The notes below the pieces were generated by a model that saw only the letters and a program-made list of their open reading frames with translations, had not been told where the DNA came from and searched no databases. The translations under genes were made by a program, and so were the position numbers. Of a stretch of 64,000 nucleotides of DNA, positions 10,032-19,916 are shown piece by piece; the first letter of the stretch is position 1; each line of letters opens with the position of its first letter. This DNA is from Gemmatimonadota bacterium. Lineage in GTDB: Bacteria; Latescibacterota; UBA2968; UBA8231. Location: positions 1-64,000 of the forward strand of contig JAYPJE010000007.1 in the NCBI GenBank assembly GCA_038128265.1, written 5' to 3'.

Positions 10032-12186
10032 GGCCCTGTGCATCGCCGCCGTGTGTGGTCTGCTCTATGCCAATGCGCTGAGCGGATCGTTTCACTACGA
10101 CGACTTCCACTCGATTGTCGACAATCCCCACCTGCGCTCGTTGGCCAACGTGCCGGCTTTTTTTGCCGATCCCGATATGTTTTCCGGCGATCCCGAAAAG
10201 AGCATGTATCGCCCGCTGCTCCTGCTGACCTACGCATTCAACTACGCGGTCGGAGGGTATGAGCCCTGGGGATATCTGTTGGTCAACCTGCTCTTACACG
10301 TCTTGGTGAGCGTGCTCGTCGCTCTGCTGGCCGAAAGAATGTTGGTCAGCGCGCGCGCCGGTTGGGTCGCCGGGATGCTCTTTGCCGTTCATCCGCTGGC
10401 AACGGAGTTGGTCAACTACGTCAGCAGCCGATCGGAGTCGTTGGCGGCTTGTTTATACTTGCTGGTTCTGGCCGCCCATGGGCGCGTAGTTAGGGGGGGG
10501 AGCTCGGCCGCTATCGGTGCATACGGCGGCGCGCTGCTGGCTAAATCCGTGGCGATCAGCGCGCCGCTGGCCGCCCTAGCGTGGGATTGGGGGCAGGGGC
10601 GAGCACTGCGCGTGCGGGTCTGGGCTCCCTATGGTGCAGTGGCTCTCTGCTATGCGGTCATCGTCTATCTAAATCGTTTTATCGGCGATTCGCTCGCTGC
10701 TCCGGTGCGCCCCCTGGCGGTGCAGCTATGGACGCAGCTCAAAGCACCGGCCTATTACCTCTACTTGGCTTTTATGCCGGTAAAGCTCAATGTGCATCAC
10801 CAATTTTTCACTTCGTCAGGACTTGCTGACCCAGCCGTTTGCCTGGGTTTGGCGCTGGTCCTGAGTATGCTATATATCGGCTGGCGTGGATGGCGCACGC
10901 CCGTGGGCTGGTCTATGCTGTGGGCCGGCTTGGTCCTCGCGCCCACCTTTATCATGCCGCTCAATATGTTGGTTAACGAGCGACGTTTGTACTTGCCGAT
11001 GGCCGGTCTGGCATTCGCGTTGGGGTGGGTTTTGCGTCGTACTTCCGTGCCGACTTCGCTAGGGCTGATCGCGGTACTACTCTATGCAGGGCTTACGATT
11101 CAGCGCAATGCAGTCTGGCAAGACGAACTGAGTCTGTGGGCGGACGCTGCCGAGAGGGCGCCGCAAATGCACGCGGTGCAGAACAATCTGGGCAAGGCCC
11201 TGCAGGAAGATGGACGATGGGACGAGGCGCTAGTCGCGTATGGGCGCGCCGCAGCGATTGATCCCCGGCACGGCGATGCCTATAACAACGCGGCGACGAT
11301 TTACCATTTGCGCGGCAAAGAAATGCTCGCCGAAGGTAGGAAAGCGGAGGGCATGGCTTCTCTGCGTCGGGCCCAGGACGCGTATCGGAAGGCCCTTGCG
11401 GTCTATCCAACGTACGAAGAAATACATCAGAATTTGGCCGTTGCCTGCGCCGAGCTCGGAGAGATAGATCAGGCATTTACCCACTACGCGCGCGCGCTGG
11501 AACTCAACCCGCAGCGCGGCGACGTGTGGAATAACTACGGACAGCTGCTGTATGACAGTGGTCGTTTGGAACAAGCGGAAGCCGCATTTGTGCGTGCCAT
11601 TGAAGCCCAGCCGGAACAGGCTGAGCCCTACAACAATCTGGGCAATATATACGCCGACAGGGGGGATTGGGAGCGGAGCGTTCGCTCTTACGAAGAGGCA
11701 TTGGGGCGTGCGGGAACGCAGCGCCAGGCCGTTTTTGTCAATCTGGTTGCGGCGCTGCGCAACGCCCAACAGTATGATCGGGCGCGCGCACTCCTGCAGG
11801 AGCAGATGGCGGCGGGGGGACGGGATGATCGATGGCTTTACCAACTCGCGTTGGTCGAACGCGCGGCCGGTCGCTTAGGCGAAGCCGAACGCGTGTTGGC
11901 AAGCGCGGCGGCGGCGGGCGGGGCCATACAAACACTGGTGCTGTGGGGCGAGGTCTTGGGCGATCTGCAGCGCTACGGCGAGGCCGCCCAGCGCTTCCAG
12001 GACGCACTGGCTTCCGACGGGACCAACGCCCGCGCCTTATATGGCTTGGGCGTTGCGCAGATGCAGGGAGGGCAGCCCCAATCGGCGCTGGTTACGCTGC
12101 GCGCATTTTTGCGGCAATGGCGTTCAGACGACGAGCGCGCGCGGCGGGTGCGCGCGTGGATTGCCCAGCTGGAGGGGGCGCCGTGA
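10024..12186 (+). CDS. TMTC-like GT-C/TPR protein, copy 5 (longest TPR region)
   Basis: FHYDDFHS, MYRPL, ELVNYVSSRSE, PLNMLVNERRLY, QRNAVW. GTG 10024 chosen as start. Confidence 0.8.
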   Translation: MNRALCIAAVCGLLYANALSGSFHYDDFHSIVDNPHLRSLANVPAFFADPDMFSGDPEKSMYRPLLLLTYAFNYAVGGYEPWGYLLVNLLLHVLVSVLVALLAERMLVSARAGWVAGMLFAVHPLATELVNYVSSRSESLAACLYLLVLAAHGRVVRGGSSAAIGAYGGALLAKSVAISAPLAALAWDWGQGRALRVRVWAPYGAVALCYAVIVYLNRFIGDSLAAPVRPLAVQLWTQLKAPAYYLYLAFMPVKLNVHHQFFTSSGLADPAVCLGLALVLSMLYIGWRGWRTPVGWSMLWAGLVLAPTFIMPLNMLVNERRLYLPMAGLAFALGWVLRRTSVPTSLGLIAVLLYAGLTIQRNAVWQDELSLWADAAERAPQMHAVQNNLGKALQEDGRWDEALVAYGRAAAIDPRHGDAYNNAATIYHLRGKEMLAEGRKAEGMASLRRAQDAYRKALAVYPTYEEIHQNLAVACAELGEIDQAFTHYARALELNPQRGDVWNNYGQLLYDSGRLEQAEAAFVRAIEAQPEQAEPYNNLGNIYADRGDWERSVRSYEEALGRAGTQRQAVFVNLVAALRNAQQYDRARALLQEQMAAGGRDDRWLYQLALVERAAGRLGEAERVLASAAAAGGAIQTLVLWGEVLGDLQRYGEAAQRFQDALASDGTNARALYGLGVAQMQGGQPQSALVTLRAFLRQWRSDDERARRVRAWIAQLEGAP

Positions 12187-14075
12187 GCGGCCTGCCGATT
12201 GCTCGCGCAGTGGGCCTGACCGTGGGGGTCTGGCTGGTCTATGGCCAGGCACTAGGTGGGGGCTTTCACTACGACGACTTCCATTCACTGGTTTTCAATC
12301 CGCATCTGCGCGACTTGGGCAATATAGGCGCTTTCTTTACGGAGCCTGGTCTGTTTTCGGTGGATCCAAACAAGGCGATGTATCGCCCTCTGGTGTTGGT
12401 CAGCTACGCGCTCAATTACGCTTGGGGTCAATATAGTCCGGCCGGCTATCTGTTCGTCAATATATCTATTCATCTGACTAATGTGCTGCTGGTCTGGTCT
12501 ATTGGCAGACGGCTGGGCCTGAGCGAAAATGGATCGCTGTGGGCCGCTGTGCTGTTTTGCTTCCATCCGCTGGTGGGCGAACCAATAAACTACGTTAGTA
12601 GCCGTTCGGAGAGTTTAGCCGTTGCCGGGCAGCTCGCTGCGTTCTACTTCTACCTGCAAACGGGACGGCGTTGGTGGCCGTGGCTGAGTTGGGGAGCGCT
12701 GCTATGCGCACTGCTGGCCAAGTCCATTGCCGCGGTGCTGCCGGCCGTGCTGCTGGCCTACGAAGTGCTGTGGCGGGGGCAGAGCGTGTCTTGGCGTCGG
12801 CATGCCCCGTACTGGGTAATTACTGGAGCGTATATCGGGGTTATCAGCGCCAACCGCTTTTTGGGCACCTCGCTATCGAACGCGCCGCGCGGACTCTATG
12901 AACAGCTGCTCACGCAGGGAAAGGCCCTGGTATACTACGCCTATTTACTCGCTGAGCCCGTGCATCTGAGCGTCGAACATCCGTTTTCGGTGTCCAACAG
13001 AATGGGTGTCGAGCCGCTACTGGCACTGGGAGCGGTGGTCAGCTTGGTCGTTGTCGCGTTGGTGCAGGGCGATCGCCGCCTGCGCTTTTTTCTGTGCTGG
13101 GGCGGATTGTCGCTGCTGCCGACGGTGCTGGTGCCGCTCAACGTATTGGTCAACGAGCACCGGTTGTATATGCTCGTGGCAGTGATGTCCATTGCGCTGG
13201 GAATGGGCTGGGAGCGATGGGAGCGGCCGGTGCGGTGGAGTCTATGTGTGTGGGTGATCGTTGCCGGGATGCTATCCCATCAGCGCATTGCGGTTTGGCG
13301 CGACGAACTCAGCCTTTGGCAGGATGCAGCGCATAAGGGGCCGCACATGGTGCGGCCGCAGGTCTTTCTCGGCAATGCCTGGCGGGCGGCAGGGGATTAT
13401 CCGGCCGCTCGTGCAGCCTATGAACGCGCACTGGAATTGGATCCGCACCACCGCTCGGCGCGCACGAATTTAGCCAATGTCTATCTCGAAGCGGCTGGGG
13501 GGGACCAGGCGCAGGCACCCTTGCTGTTGGAGCGCGCAGAGCGACACTATCGGCAGGTGTTGGATTCCGATCCCAGTTATCGCGAGGCCCTCACCAACCT
13601 GGGCAGCCTATATATGCTGCGCGGCGAGTGGACGCGCGCTGATGGGGTGCTGTCGGCCGCGATTGAGCAGCATCCCTACTACGCCGATGGCTATTTTAAC
13701 CTGGGTTTGGTGCGCGTGGAGCTTGGAGATAGTGCCGCCGCCGTTGCGCTATTTAAACGCGCGCTAGCGTTGGACGAGGGGGCTGAGATATGGTATGAAT
13801 TAGCCAATGCGCATGCTCGACTCGACCAGCTGGATGCCGCGGCAGCGGCCTATCGACAGGCCCTCAGTCGAGATCGGGCGGTAGAGGGTGCGTTGTATAA
13901 CTTGGCCGAGGTGCTGCTCGTGGCCGGCGAGCGGGCCGGAGCCGCTGCTGGGGATGCTCGGGGTATTGCCCTGTGGCGCGAAGCGGGAGAGGCTTTGGAA
14001 GAGCTGTTGGAACGCGATCCGCGTCACGTGCGTGCAAATCAGCGCTTAGACCAACTGCGCGAGCGCATGCCGTGA
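12183..14075 (+). CDS. TMTC-like GT-C/TPR protein, copy 6
   Basis: FHYDDFHS, MYRPL, EPINYVSSRSE, PLNVLVNEHRLY, TPRs. GTGA overlap with copy 5. Confidence 0.8.
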   Translation: MSGLPIARAVGLTVGVWLVYGQALGGGFHYDDFHSLVFNPHLRDLGNIGAFFTEPGLFSVDPNKAMYRPLVLVSYALNYAWGQYSPAGYLFVNISIHLTNVLLVWSIGRRLGLSENGSLWAAVLFCFHPLVGEPINYVSSRSESLAVAGQLAAFYFYLQTGRRWWPWLSWGALLCALLAKSIAAVLPAVLLAYEVLWRGQSVSWRRHAPYWVITGAYIGVISANRFLGTSLSNAPRGLYEQLLTQGKALVYYAYLLAEPVHLSVEHPFSVSNRMGVEPLLALGAVVSLVVVALVQGDRRLRFFLCWGGLSLLPTVLVPLNVLVNEHRLYMLVAVMSIALGMGWERWERPVRWSLCVWVIVAGMLSHQRIAVWRDELSLWQDAAHKGPHMVRPQVFLGNAWRAAGDYPAARAAYERALELDPHHRSARTNLANVYLEAAGGDQAQAPLLLERAERHYRQVLDSDPSYREALTNLGSLYMLRGEWTRADGVLSAAIEQHPYYADGYFNLGLVRVELGDSAAAVALFKRALALDEGAEIWYELANAHARLDQLDAAAAAYRQALSRDRAVEGALYNLAEVLLVAGERAGAAAGDARGIALWREAGEALEELLERDPRHVRANQRLDQLRERMP

Positions 14076-16051
14076 AAAGGCTATACGGAGTGCTCATCGC
14101 CCATCGGAGCGTCTCCGCGCTCCTGCTAGTGGCCTGTTCCGCGCTGCTCTACGCAAATTCGCTCGATAATGGCTTTCAATACGACGACCGCCATTCGATT
14201 GTAGAGAATCCGCATATTCGCGACCTGGGTAATCTCAGTGCTTTTTTCTATGACCCCACCCTTTTTTCACGCGACGCCGACAAGGCGATGTACCGCCCCT
14301 TGCTGCTAGCAACGCTCGCGCTGAACCACGCTTGGAGTGGCTACGAACCCTTTTCGTATCACCTGATAAACTGGGCGCTGCACGCCCTGTGTGCGCTGTT
14401 GGTGTGGGGCATTTTGCTGGGAGCACAGCGACCTCCGTGCTTGGCCCTGTTGGGTGGACTGCTCTTTGCCTTGCATCCGCTCTGCAGCGAGCCGGTAAAC
14501 TATATCAGTTCACGCTCTGAGCTGCTCGCCGCTACGGGGGCCCTTGCTGCCCTTTGGCTCTATATGCGAGATCGAGAGGTCGGCGCATATTGGTCGCTTG
14601 TGCTTTCGCTGCTCTGCTTCACCGCCGGATTGTTTGCCAAATCGGTGGCTATCGTTGCACCGGTGTGGTTGGTGGCGTGGGATGTGCAGCGGGGACGGGG
14701 GGTGCGCTGGCTGCGCTACCTGCCCTATGGAATGGTTGCGCTGGGCTATCTTGCGCTAGTGGGGCAGGCCCTCGAGCGCGCTGTGCTGGGGGAGCCAGTG
14801 CGCACAATGGGCGTCCAGTTGGCCACGCAAGCCAAGGCGTTGGTCTACTATGTCTATTTAGCATGGTCGCCCTTCCACCTCAGCGTCGACCACGCCTTTG
14901 CCGAGTCGAACCCGGCTGATCCGCTGGTTTGGTTGGCGCTCTTTGCCCTGATTTCGTGTGTTGTAGTTGTACTGCGGTGCCGAGGGGAATATCTGGGATG
15001 GGTGCTGGCGCTCAGCGCACTGCTGCCGACGCTTATTGTGCCGCTCAACGTGCTGGTTAATGAACACCGACTCTATTTGCCCGTTGCAGGGTTGGCCATT
15101 GTGCTAACTGGAATACGCGGATTGGAAAGGGTGCCCGGTATGGGGTGGGGGGCGCCGCTGCTGCTGTGCTTGCTCTCGGCGCTGACGCTGCAGCGCAATG
15201 CCGACTGGCGCGACGAGTTTAGCCTGTGGAGCGCCGCGCACCGCACCAATCCCCACTCCGTGCGTCCGCTGGTCTACATGGGCAATGCCGCGCGGTCCGA
15301 GGGAGATGCAGCGCGCGCGCGCATGGCCTATGGCAAAGCACTAGAATTGGATCCGCAAAATGCCGTTGTGCTGGCCGGATTGGGGGGGGTATTTATGGAC
15401 GGCGGGCAACTGGACCAGTCCGTCGAGCTGTATGCCCGGGCCCTGGAGGCCCAGCCAGCAATGGTGGATTTGCACTATAGTTTGGCGCGTGCACTGCAGG
15501 AAGGCGGTCGTTATGCCGAGGCGCGCAGGCACTACGCCGCTCTGGATGGCAACAGTCCCCATCGATCGATCGCCCTCAATAATATTGGCACGACTTTTGA
15601 ACTGCAGGGAACGGTGGACAGCGCGCTGGTATACTATCGTCGTTCGGCTGAGGGCGGTGCCCTGGACGGGCGGCACAACCTTGAACGGTTGGTTGCGCGC
15701 TCTGTTGCCGAAGCGGAGCAGGCGTTAGAGGCTGGCGATTGGCCACGCGTCGAACGGGCTGCACGCACTGCGCTGCGGGGAGATCGCCAGCATGCCTACG
15801 CGCGCTTTTTTCTCAGCGTCAGCCTGCTGCAGCAGGGGCGTGGGGAGGAAAGTATCGCCGAAAACGAGCGCCTGCTGCGCGAGCGGCCTGATTTTGATGA
15901 GGGGTGGCTGCAGTTGGCCAATGCCTACGAAACGGTTGGGCGGCCAGATCTGGCGCGGGGCGCGTACCGTCAGCTGATCGATCGGGCACAGAGCAAACCC
16001 ATGCGCACGCTGGCACAGCAGCGACTGCAGCGATTGGAGCAAAGGCAATGA
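14072..16051 (+). CDS. TMTC-like GT-C/TPR protein, copy 7
   Basis: FQYDDRHS, MYRPL, EPVNYISSRSE, PLNVLVNEHRLY, QRNADW. GTGA overlap with copy 6. Confidence 0.8.
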   Translation: MKRLYGVLIAHRSVSALLLVACSALLYANSLDNGFQYDDRHSIVENPHIRDLGNLSAFFYDPTLFSRDADKAMYRPLLLATLALNHAWSGYEPFSYHLINWALHALCALLVWGILLGAQRPPCLALLGGLLFALHPLCSEPVNYISSRSELLAATGALAALWLYMRDREVGAYWSLVLSLLCFTAGLFAKSVAIVAPVWLVAWDVQRGRGVRWLRYLPYGMVALGYLALVGQALERAVLGEPVRTMGVQLATQAKALVYYVYLAWSPFHLSVDHAFAESNPADPLVWLALFALISCVVVVLRCRGEYLGWVLALSALLPTLIVPLNVLVNEHRLYLPVAGLAIVLTGIRGLERVPGMGWGAPLLLCLLSALTLQRNADWRDEFSLWSAAHRTNPHSVRPLVYMGNAARSEGDAARARMAYGKALELDPQNAVVLAGLGGVFMDGGQLDQSVELYARALEAQPAMVDLHYSLARALQEGGRYAEARRHYAALDGNSPHRSIALNNIGTTFELQGTVDSALVYYRRSAEGGALDGRHNLERLVARSVAEAEQALEAGDWPRVERAARTALRGDRQHAYARFFLSVSLLQQGRGEESIAENERLLRERPDFDEGWLQLANAYETVGRPDLARGAYRQLIDRAQSKPMRTLAQQRLQRLEQRQ

Positions 16052-17919
16052 GGCATGGTTGGGTTTGGATCGTCGGAGCGTGCCTGTTGGTCTACGCAAA
16101 CTCGCTCCAAAACGGCTTTCACTACGACGACGAACACTCGGTCCAGAATAATATCCACATCCGCGATCTGAGCAATATAGGCCGTTTTTTTTCGGATCCC
16201 GCAACGTTTTCGGTCGATCACGACAAGGGCATGTATCGCCCGCTGCTGTTGGTTAGCTATGCCCTCAACTATGCCGTTGGCGGCTACGAGGTAGGCGGCT
16301 ACCATCTGGTAAATATTGCACTACACGCGGCCAATGCATCCCTGCTATGGGCCCTGCTGATCGCGATGGGAGCAGGGCGTTCGGCTGCCCTGATGGCCGG
16401 CTTACTCTTTGCGCTGCACCCGTTGGGCAGCGAGCCAGTAAACTATATCAGTTCGCGCTCAGAAAGCCTGGCTGCCCTTTTCTACCTGGGCGGTCTATGG
16501 GCTTTTGTCCTGGCCCAGCATAGAGGGAGCCGCGCTTACCGCACGCTGTCCTGGGGCTGTTTGCTCTGCGGGTTATTGAGCAAGTCGAGCGCTATCACGC
16601 TGCCGGCCGTGCTCTTGCTGTATGAAATAATTGTCCTGCGCGGAGCGACGAGCTGGCGTTTGGGACGCGATGTGCTGCGGCGCCACGGCCCCTACTGGAT
16701 TGTATCATTCGGCTACATCGCGCTGATCGTGGCCAACCGCTTTTTGACCACTTCGCTGTCCAAGCGCGTGCGTGGGATGGACGAGCAGCTGCCGACGCAG
16801 ATCAAAGCCTTGGCCTTCTATGCCAAGCTGCTAGTCTGGCCTCATGGTTTAAATGTGGAGCACCAATTTGCCGTTTCAACCGCCGGGGCCGCGGCCGTTT
16901 GGCCGGCGGTCCTGCTGTTGATCAGCGTTGCGCTAGGCCTGCTGTGGCTGCAGCGCAAAACAAAGCGTGGTCTGCTGTTCCTATCTTGTTGGTCTTTGGT
17001 CGCGTTGCTGCCCGTAGCTATTATGCCGCTCAACGTGCTGGTCAACGAACGGCGGCTCTACGTGCCCGCTGCCGCCTTTTGTGCGGCGCTGGCGCTGCTG
17101 TTACACCGCCCGAGTCTGCGCCGGCATACACTGCGCATCGGCGGGGCCGTCTTGGTAGTGTATGCCCTGCTGACCTGGCAGCGCAATGGGGTGTGGGAGA
17201 ACGACTTTACCCTGTGGGAAGACGCTGTATCCAAGGCACCGCTGATGCCGCGTGCACACCTATATATGGGCAATGCGCACAAAGACGCTGCGTTTATGCA
17301 GCGGGCCGGTAGTTCGCAGGCCGGTGCGCACTGGGAACAGGCGCGCGCAGCATACCGTCGGGCCCTCGAACTTCAGCCCAGCGGTGAGTTGGCGCTTCGC
17401 GCATTAAACAACCTGGGTGCGGTGAGCTTTGTGCTGCGCGACGTGGAGGGGGCAGAGCGGGCCTACCTGCGCGCCGTCGAACTCAACCCCCGCTTCGCCG
17501 ATGCGCTGGTCAACCTCGGCACGGTTTATCACGATCGCGGGCGCAATACCAGCGGCGTGGCCGGAAGACAGCTGTTGGGAAAATCCGTGGAGTACTACCG
17601 GCGCGCGCTGCAGCAACTGCCCAACCACGCCGATGCCTGGGCCAATATGGGGTTGGCCTATCACGATATGGGTGATTTCGCAGGGGCGCGGCAGGCCTAC
17701 GAGCGGGCCCTATATCTGAACCCGCGCAACGAGCGGCTGTTGAATAACTTAGGCAATTACTACGCCGCGCTGGCAGAGCAATCCCAAGGGGCGGAGCGAC
17801 AGCGCAATCTGCTGGAGGCGCGCTCCTATTTTCAACGAGCGCTGGGTCTCAATCCGGCCTATGCAGGGCCGCGCAGCGGGCTACAGTTTGTAGAAGACGC
17901 TTTGAAGCAGTTGCAATGA
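16048..17919 (+). CDS. TMTC-like GT-C/TPR protein, copy 8
   Basis: FHYDDEHS, MYRPL, EPVNYISSRSE, PLNVLVNERRLY, QRNGVW. ATGA overlap with copy 7. Confidence 0.8.
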   Translation: MRHGWVWIVGACLLVYANSLQNGFHYDDEHSVQNNIHIRDLSNIGRFFSDPATFSVDHDKGMYRPLLLVSYALNYAVGGYEVGGYHLVNIALHAANASLLWALLIAMGAGRSAALMAGLLFALHPLGSEPVNYISSRSESLAALFYLGGLWAFVLAQHRGSRAYRTLSWGCLLCGLLSKSSAITLPAVLLLYEIIVLRGATSWRLGRDVLRRHGPYWIVSFGYIALIVANRFLTTSLSKRVRGMDEQLPTQIKALAFYAKLLVWPHGLNVEHQFAVSTAGAAAVWPAVLLLISVALGLLWLQRKTKRGLLFLSCWSLVALLPVAIMPLNVLVNERRLYVPAAAFCAALALLLHRPSLRRHTLRIGGAVLVVYALLTWQRNGVWENDFTLWEDAVSKAPLMPRAHLYMGNAHKDAAFMQRAGSSQAGAHWEQARAAYRRALELQPSGELALRALNNLGAVSFVLRDVEGAERAYLRAVELNPRFADALVNLGTVYHDRGRNTSGVAGRQLLGKSVEYYRRALQQLPNHADAWANMGLAYHDMGDFAGARQAYERALYLNPRNERLLNNLGNYYAALAEQSQGAERQRNLLEARSYFQRALGLNPAYAGPRSGLQFVEDALKQLQ

Positions 17920-19823
17920 AGGCGCAATATACTTCGGTGCTGAGCATCCTACTGCTGGCGCTACTCGGTCACGCAAACAGCTTTCCGGGGGCATTCCACT
18001 ATGACGATGCCCATTCTATCGTCGAGAATCCGTCGATTCGCTCCTTTGATCATATGCCCGCCCTATTTATCGATCCGGCGCTGTTTTCCAGTGAAAAGGG
18101 CATGGCCATGTACCGGCCGCTGGTGGTGCTCAGCTATCGGCTCAACTATGCGTTGGGGGGGCTTGAGGCGGCTGGCTATATCGCCGTCAACCTGCTCCTG
18201 CACGCCTGTACGGCCGTATTCGTCCTGCTGCTACTGCAGCGCTGGTTACCCGCTGGGATGAGCGCTTGGTCTGCCGCCGCCGTGTTTGCCCTGCATCCGG
18301 TGCATGCGCAGGTGGTCAATTATATAAGCTCGCGTTCGGAGAGCATGGCCGCGCTGGCGGTGTGCGCGACGCTCTACTATGTGCTGGTTCAACGCGATCG
18401 GGCCGCCTGGTGTAGCTACGCGCTGGGCCTTGGGGCCAAGTCGCAGGCCATCGTGTTGATGCCGCTGCTCCTTGTCGTGCAGTGGGGGCGGAGTCAGGGA
18501 ACTGCTCTCGTGCGCCTCTTCGTGCCGTTTGCGGCCCTTTCTTTGGGCTATTTGGCGCTGATCTACGGCAATGATTTCCTGCCGCGCTCGCTGAACCAAG
18601 AGGTGAGAGCACCCTTTGTCCAGGCCTATACACAAGCCAAGGCGCTCGTCTATTACGTCTATCTGTTTGTCTGGCCCGTGCCGTTAAGCGTGGAGCACCC
18701 GCTAGGGGAATCGTCGCGGCCCGACGGCGCGGTCCTCTGGGCATTCGCCGCGCTATGCTCTGCTGTATACCTTGCCCTGCGTGCCCGCTATTGGGCCGGT
18801 CGCGCTGCGCTGTTTTGGCTGGCGGCGATGAGCCTGACCAGTATTGTGCCGCTCAATGTAGTGGTCAACGAACACCGCCTCTACCTTGGCTCCATCGGTT
18901 TGTGCGCTCTGCTGGCCGGGGTGTCCATGGGAGGGGACAAACGGGTGCTGCGCCGCTTGGGCGCAGTCTATTTGTTGGCCCTGGCCGTGCTCGGGTGGCA
19001 GCGCAACGCCGTTTGGCAGGACGAGTATGCGCTGTGGAGCGACGCTGTGGATAAGTCGCCTAACTCCTTTCGTGCACTGAGCAATCTTGGTCTGGCCCAA
19101 CTCGAACGCGGGGAGTTGGAGGCGGCGCGCCAAACGCTGGAACGCGCGCTCCATCTCAACCGGGGGTATGGACGTACCTGGAGCAATTTGGGCTTGGTCC
19201 ACGAGGAATTAGGCGCCTACGATAAGGCCGAGTCCTCGTATCGACAGGCCGTGGCGCTGCGGCCCGATTGGACGGGTTTTCGCCTCCAGCTAGGGCGACT
19301 TTACGTGGGATTGGGGCGCTATGGAGAGGCGATTGCCCTGCTGGCAGACGCTGCTGTGGGCGATGTGCACTCGGGGGCCGTGCACGCGCTGCTGGGGTTG
19401 GCTCATCAGCGTGCAGGAAGGATGCAAAATGCTGTAGAACAGTATAATACAGCTATTACATTAGGAAATACATCAATTGAATTGCTCAATAACTTGGGGT
19501 TGGCTAGGCAGGATCTGGGCGATTGGGAAGGGGCGCGTGCGGCGTTTAGCCAGGCGCTAGGGCTAGCGCCCGAAGACGGGTCGACGCGCATCAATCTGCG
19601 CATGCTAGAGCTCCGTCAGGAGGGCCGCTCGGCGCTGGCGTGTTATGAGCAATTGGTTGAGGAATTTCCCCGGCAGATCGATGTATGGCGCGCTCTGGCC
19701 AGCGAATTGGCTCGCGTCGGGCGGATAGGCGAGGCCATTGAAGCCTGCTATAAGGTGCTGGAACTCCATCCGCAAGACCGGCAGGCGGCGGCAAATATAA
19801 GGCGTTTAAGAGCGCTGAAATAA
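17916..19823 (+). CDS. TMTC-like GT-C/TPR protein, copy 9
   Basis: FHYDDAHS, MYRPL, HPVHAQVVNYISSRSE, PLNVVVNEHRLY, QRNAVW. ATGA overlap with copy 8. Confidence 0.8.
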   Translation: MKAQYTSVLSILLLALLGHANSFPGAFHYDDAHSIVENPSIRSFDHMPALFIDPALFSSEKGMAMYRPLVVLSYRLNYALGGLEAAGYIAVNLLLHACTAVFVLLLLQRWLPAGMSAWSAAAVFALHPVHAQVVNYISSRSESMAALAVCATLYYVLVQRDRAAWCSYALGLGAKSQAIVLMPLLLVVQWGRSQGTALVRLFVPFAALSLGYLALIYGNDFLPRSLNQEVRAPFVQAYTQAKALVYYVYLFVWPVPLSVEHPLGESSRPDGAVLWAFAALCSAVYLALRARYWAGRAALFWLAAMSLTSIVPLNVVVNEHRLYLGSIGLCALLAGVSMGGDKRVLRRLGAVYLLALAVLGWQRNAVWQDEYALWSDAVDKSPNSFRALSNLGLAQLERGELEAARQTLERALHLNRGYGRTWSNLGLVHEELGAYDKAESSYRQAVALRPDWTGFRLQLGRLYVGLGRYGEAIALLADAAVGDVHSGAVHALLGLAHQRAGRMQNAVEQYNTAITLGNTSIELLNNLGLARQDLGDWEGARAAFSQALGLAPEDGSTRINLRMLELRQEGRSALACYEQLVEEFPRQIDVWRALASELARVGRIGEAIEACYKVLELHPQDRQAAANIRRLRALK

Positions 19824-19834
19824 ATGCCATCCGA

Positions 19835-19863
19835 TTGACAGGAAGGGCGGCGAATCCTTTCTT
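19835..19863 (+). promoter_or_regulatory. Possible sigma-70 promoter for lepA
   Basis: TTGACA-17 bp-TTTCTT. Perfect -35, weak -10. Confidence 0.35.
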
Positions 19864-19916
19864 TGAAAGACACTTTTTCTCCCAAATTTACAACCGGTTG
19901 AGGCATTTACGAGGGC

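Noticed and set aside
635..16047. Long N-terminal extensions of the TMTC ORFs in the track (starts 635, 6206, 8040, 9913, 11832, 13973, 15904)
   Set aside because: They overlap upstream genes by tens to hundreds of nt. Alignment on TM1 and the DD motif gives starts at the stop/start junctions.
809..19823. TMTC array as a collapsed or duplicated assembly artefact
   Set aside because: The copies are highly diverged outside short motifs, all frames are intact, and the junctions show translational coupling.
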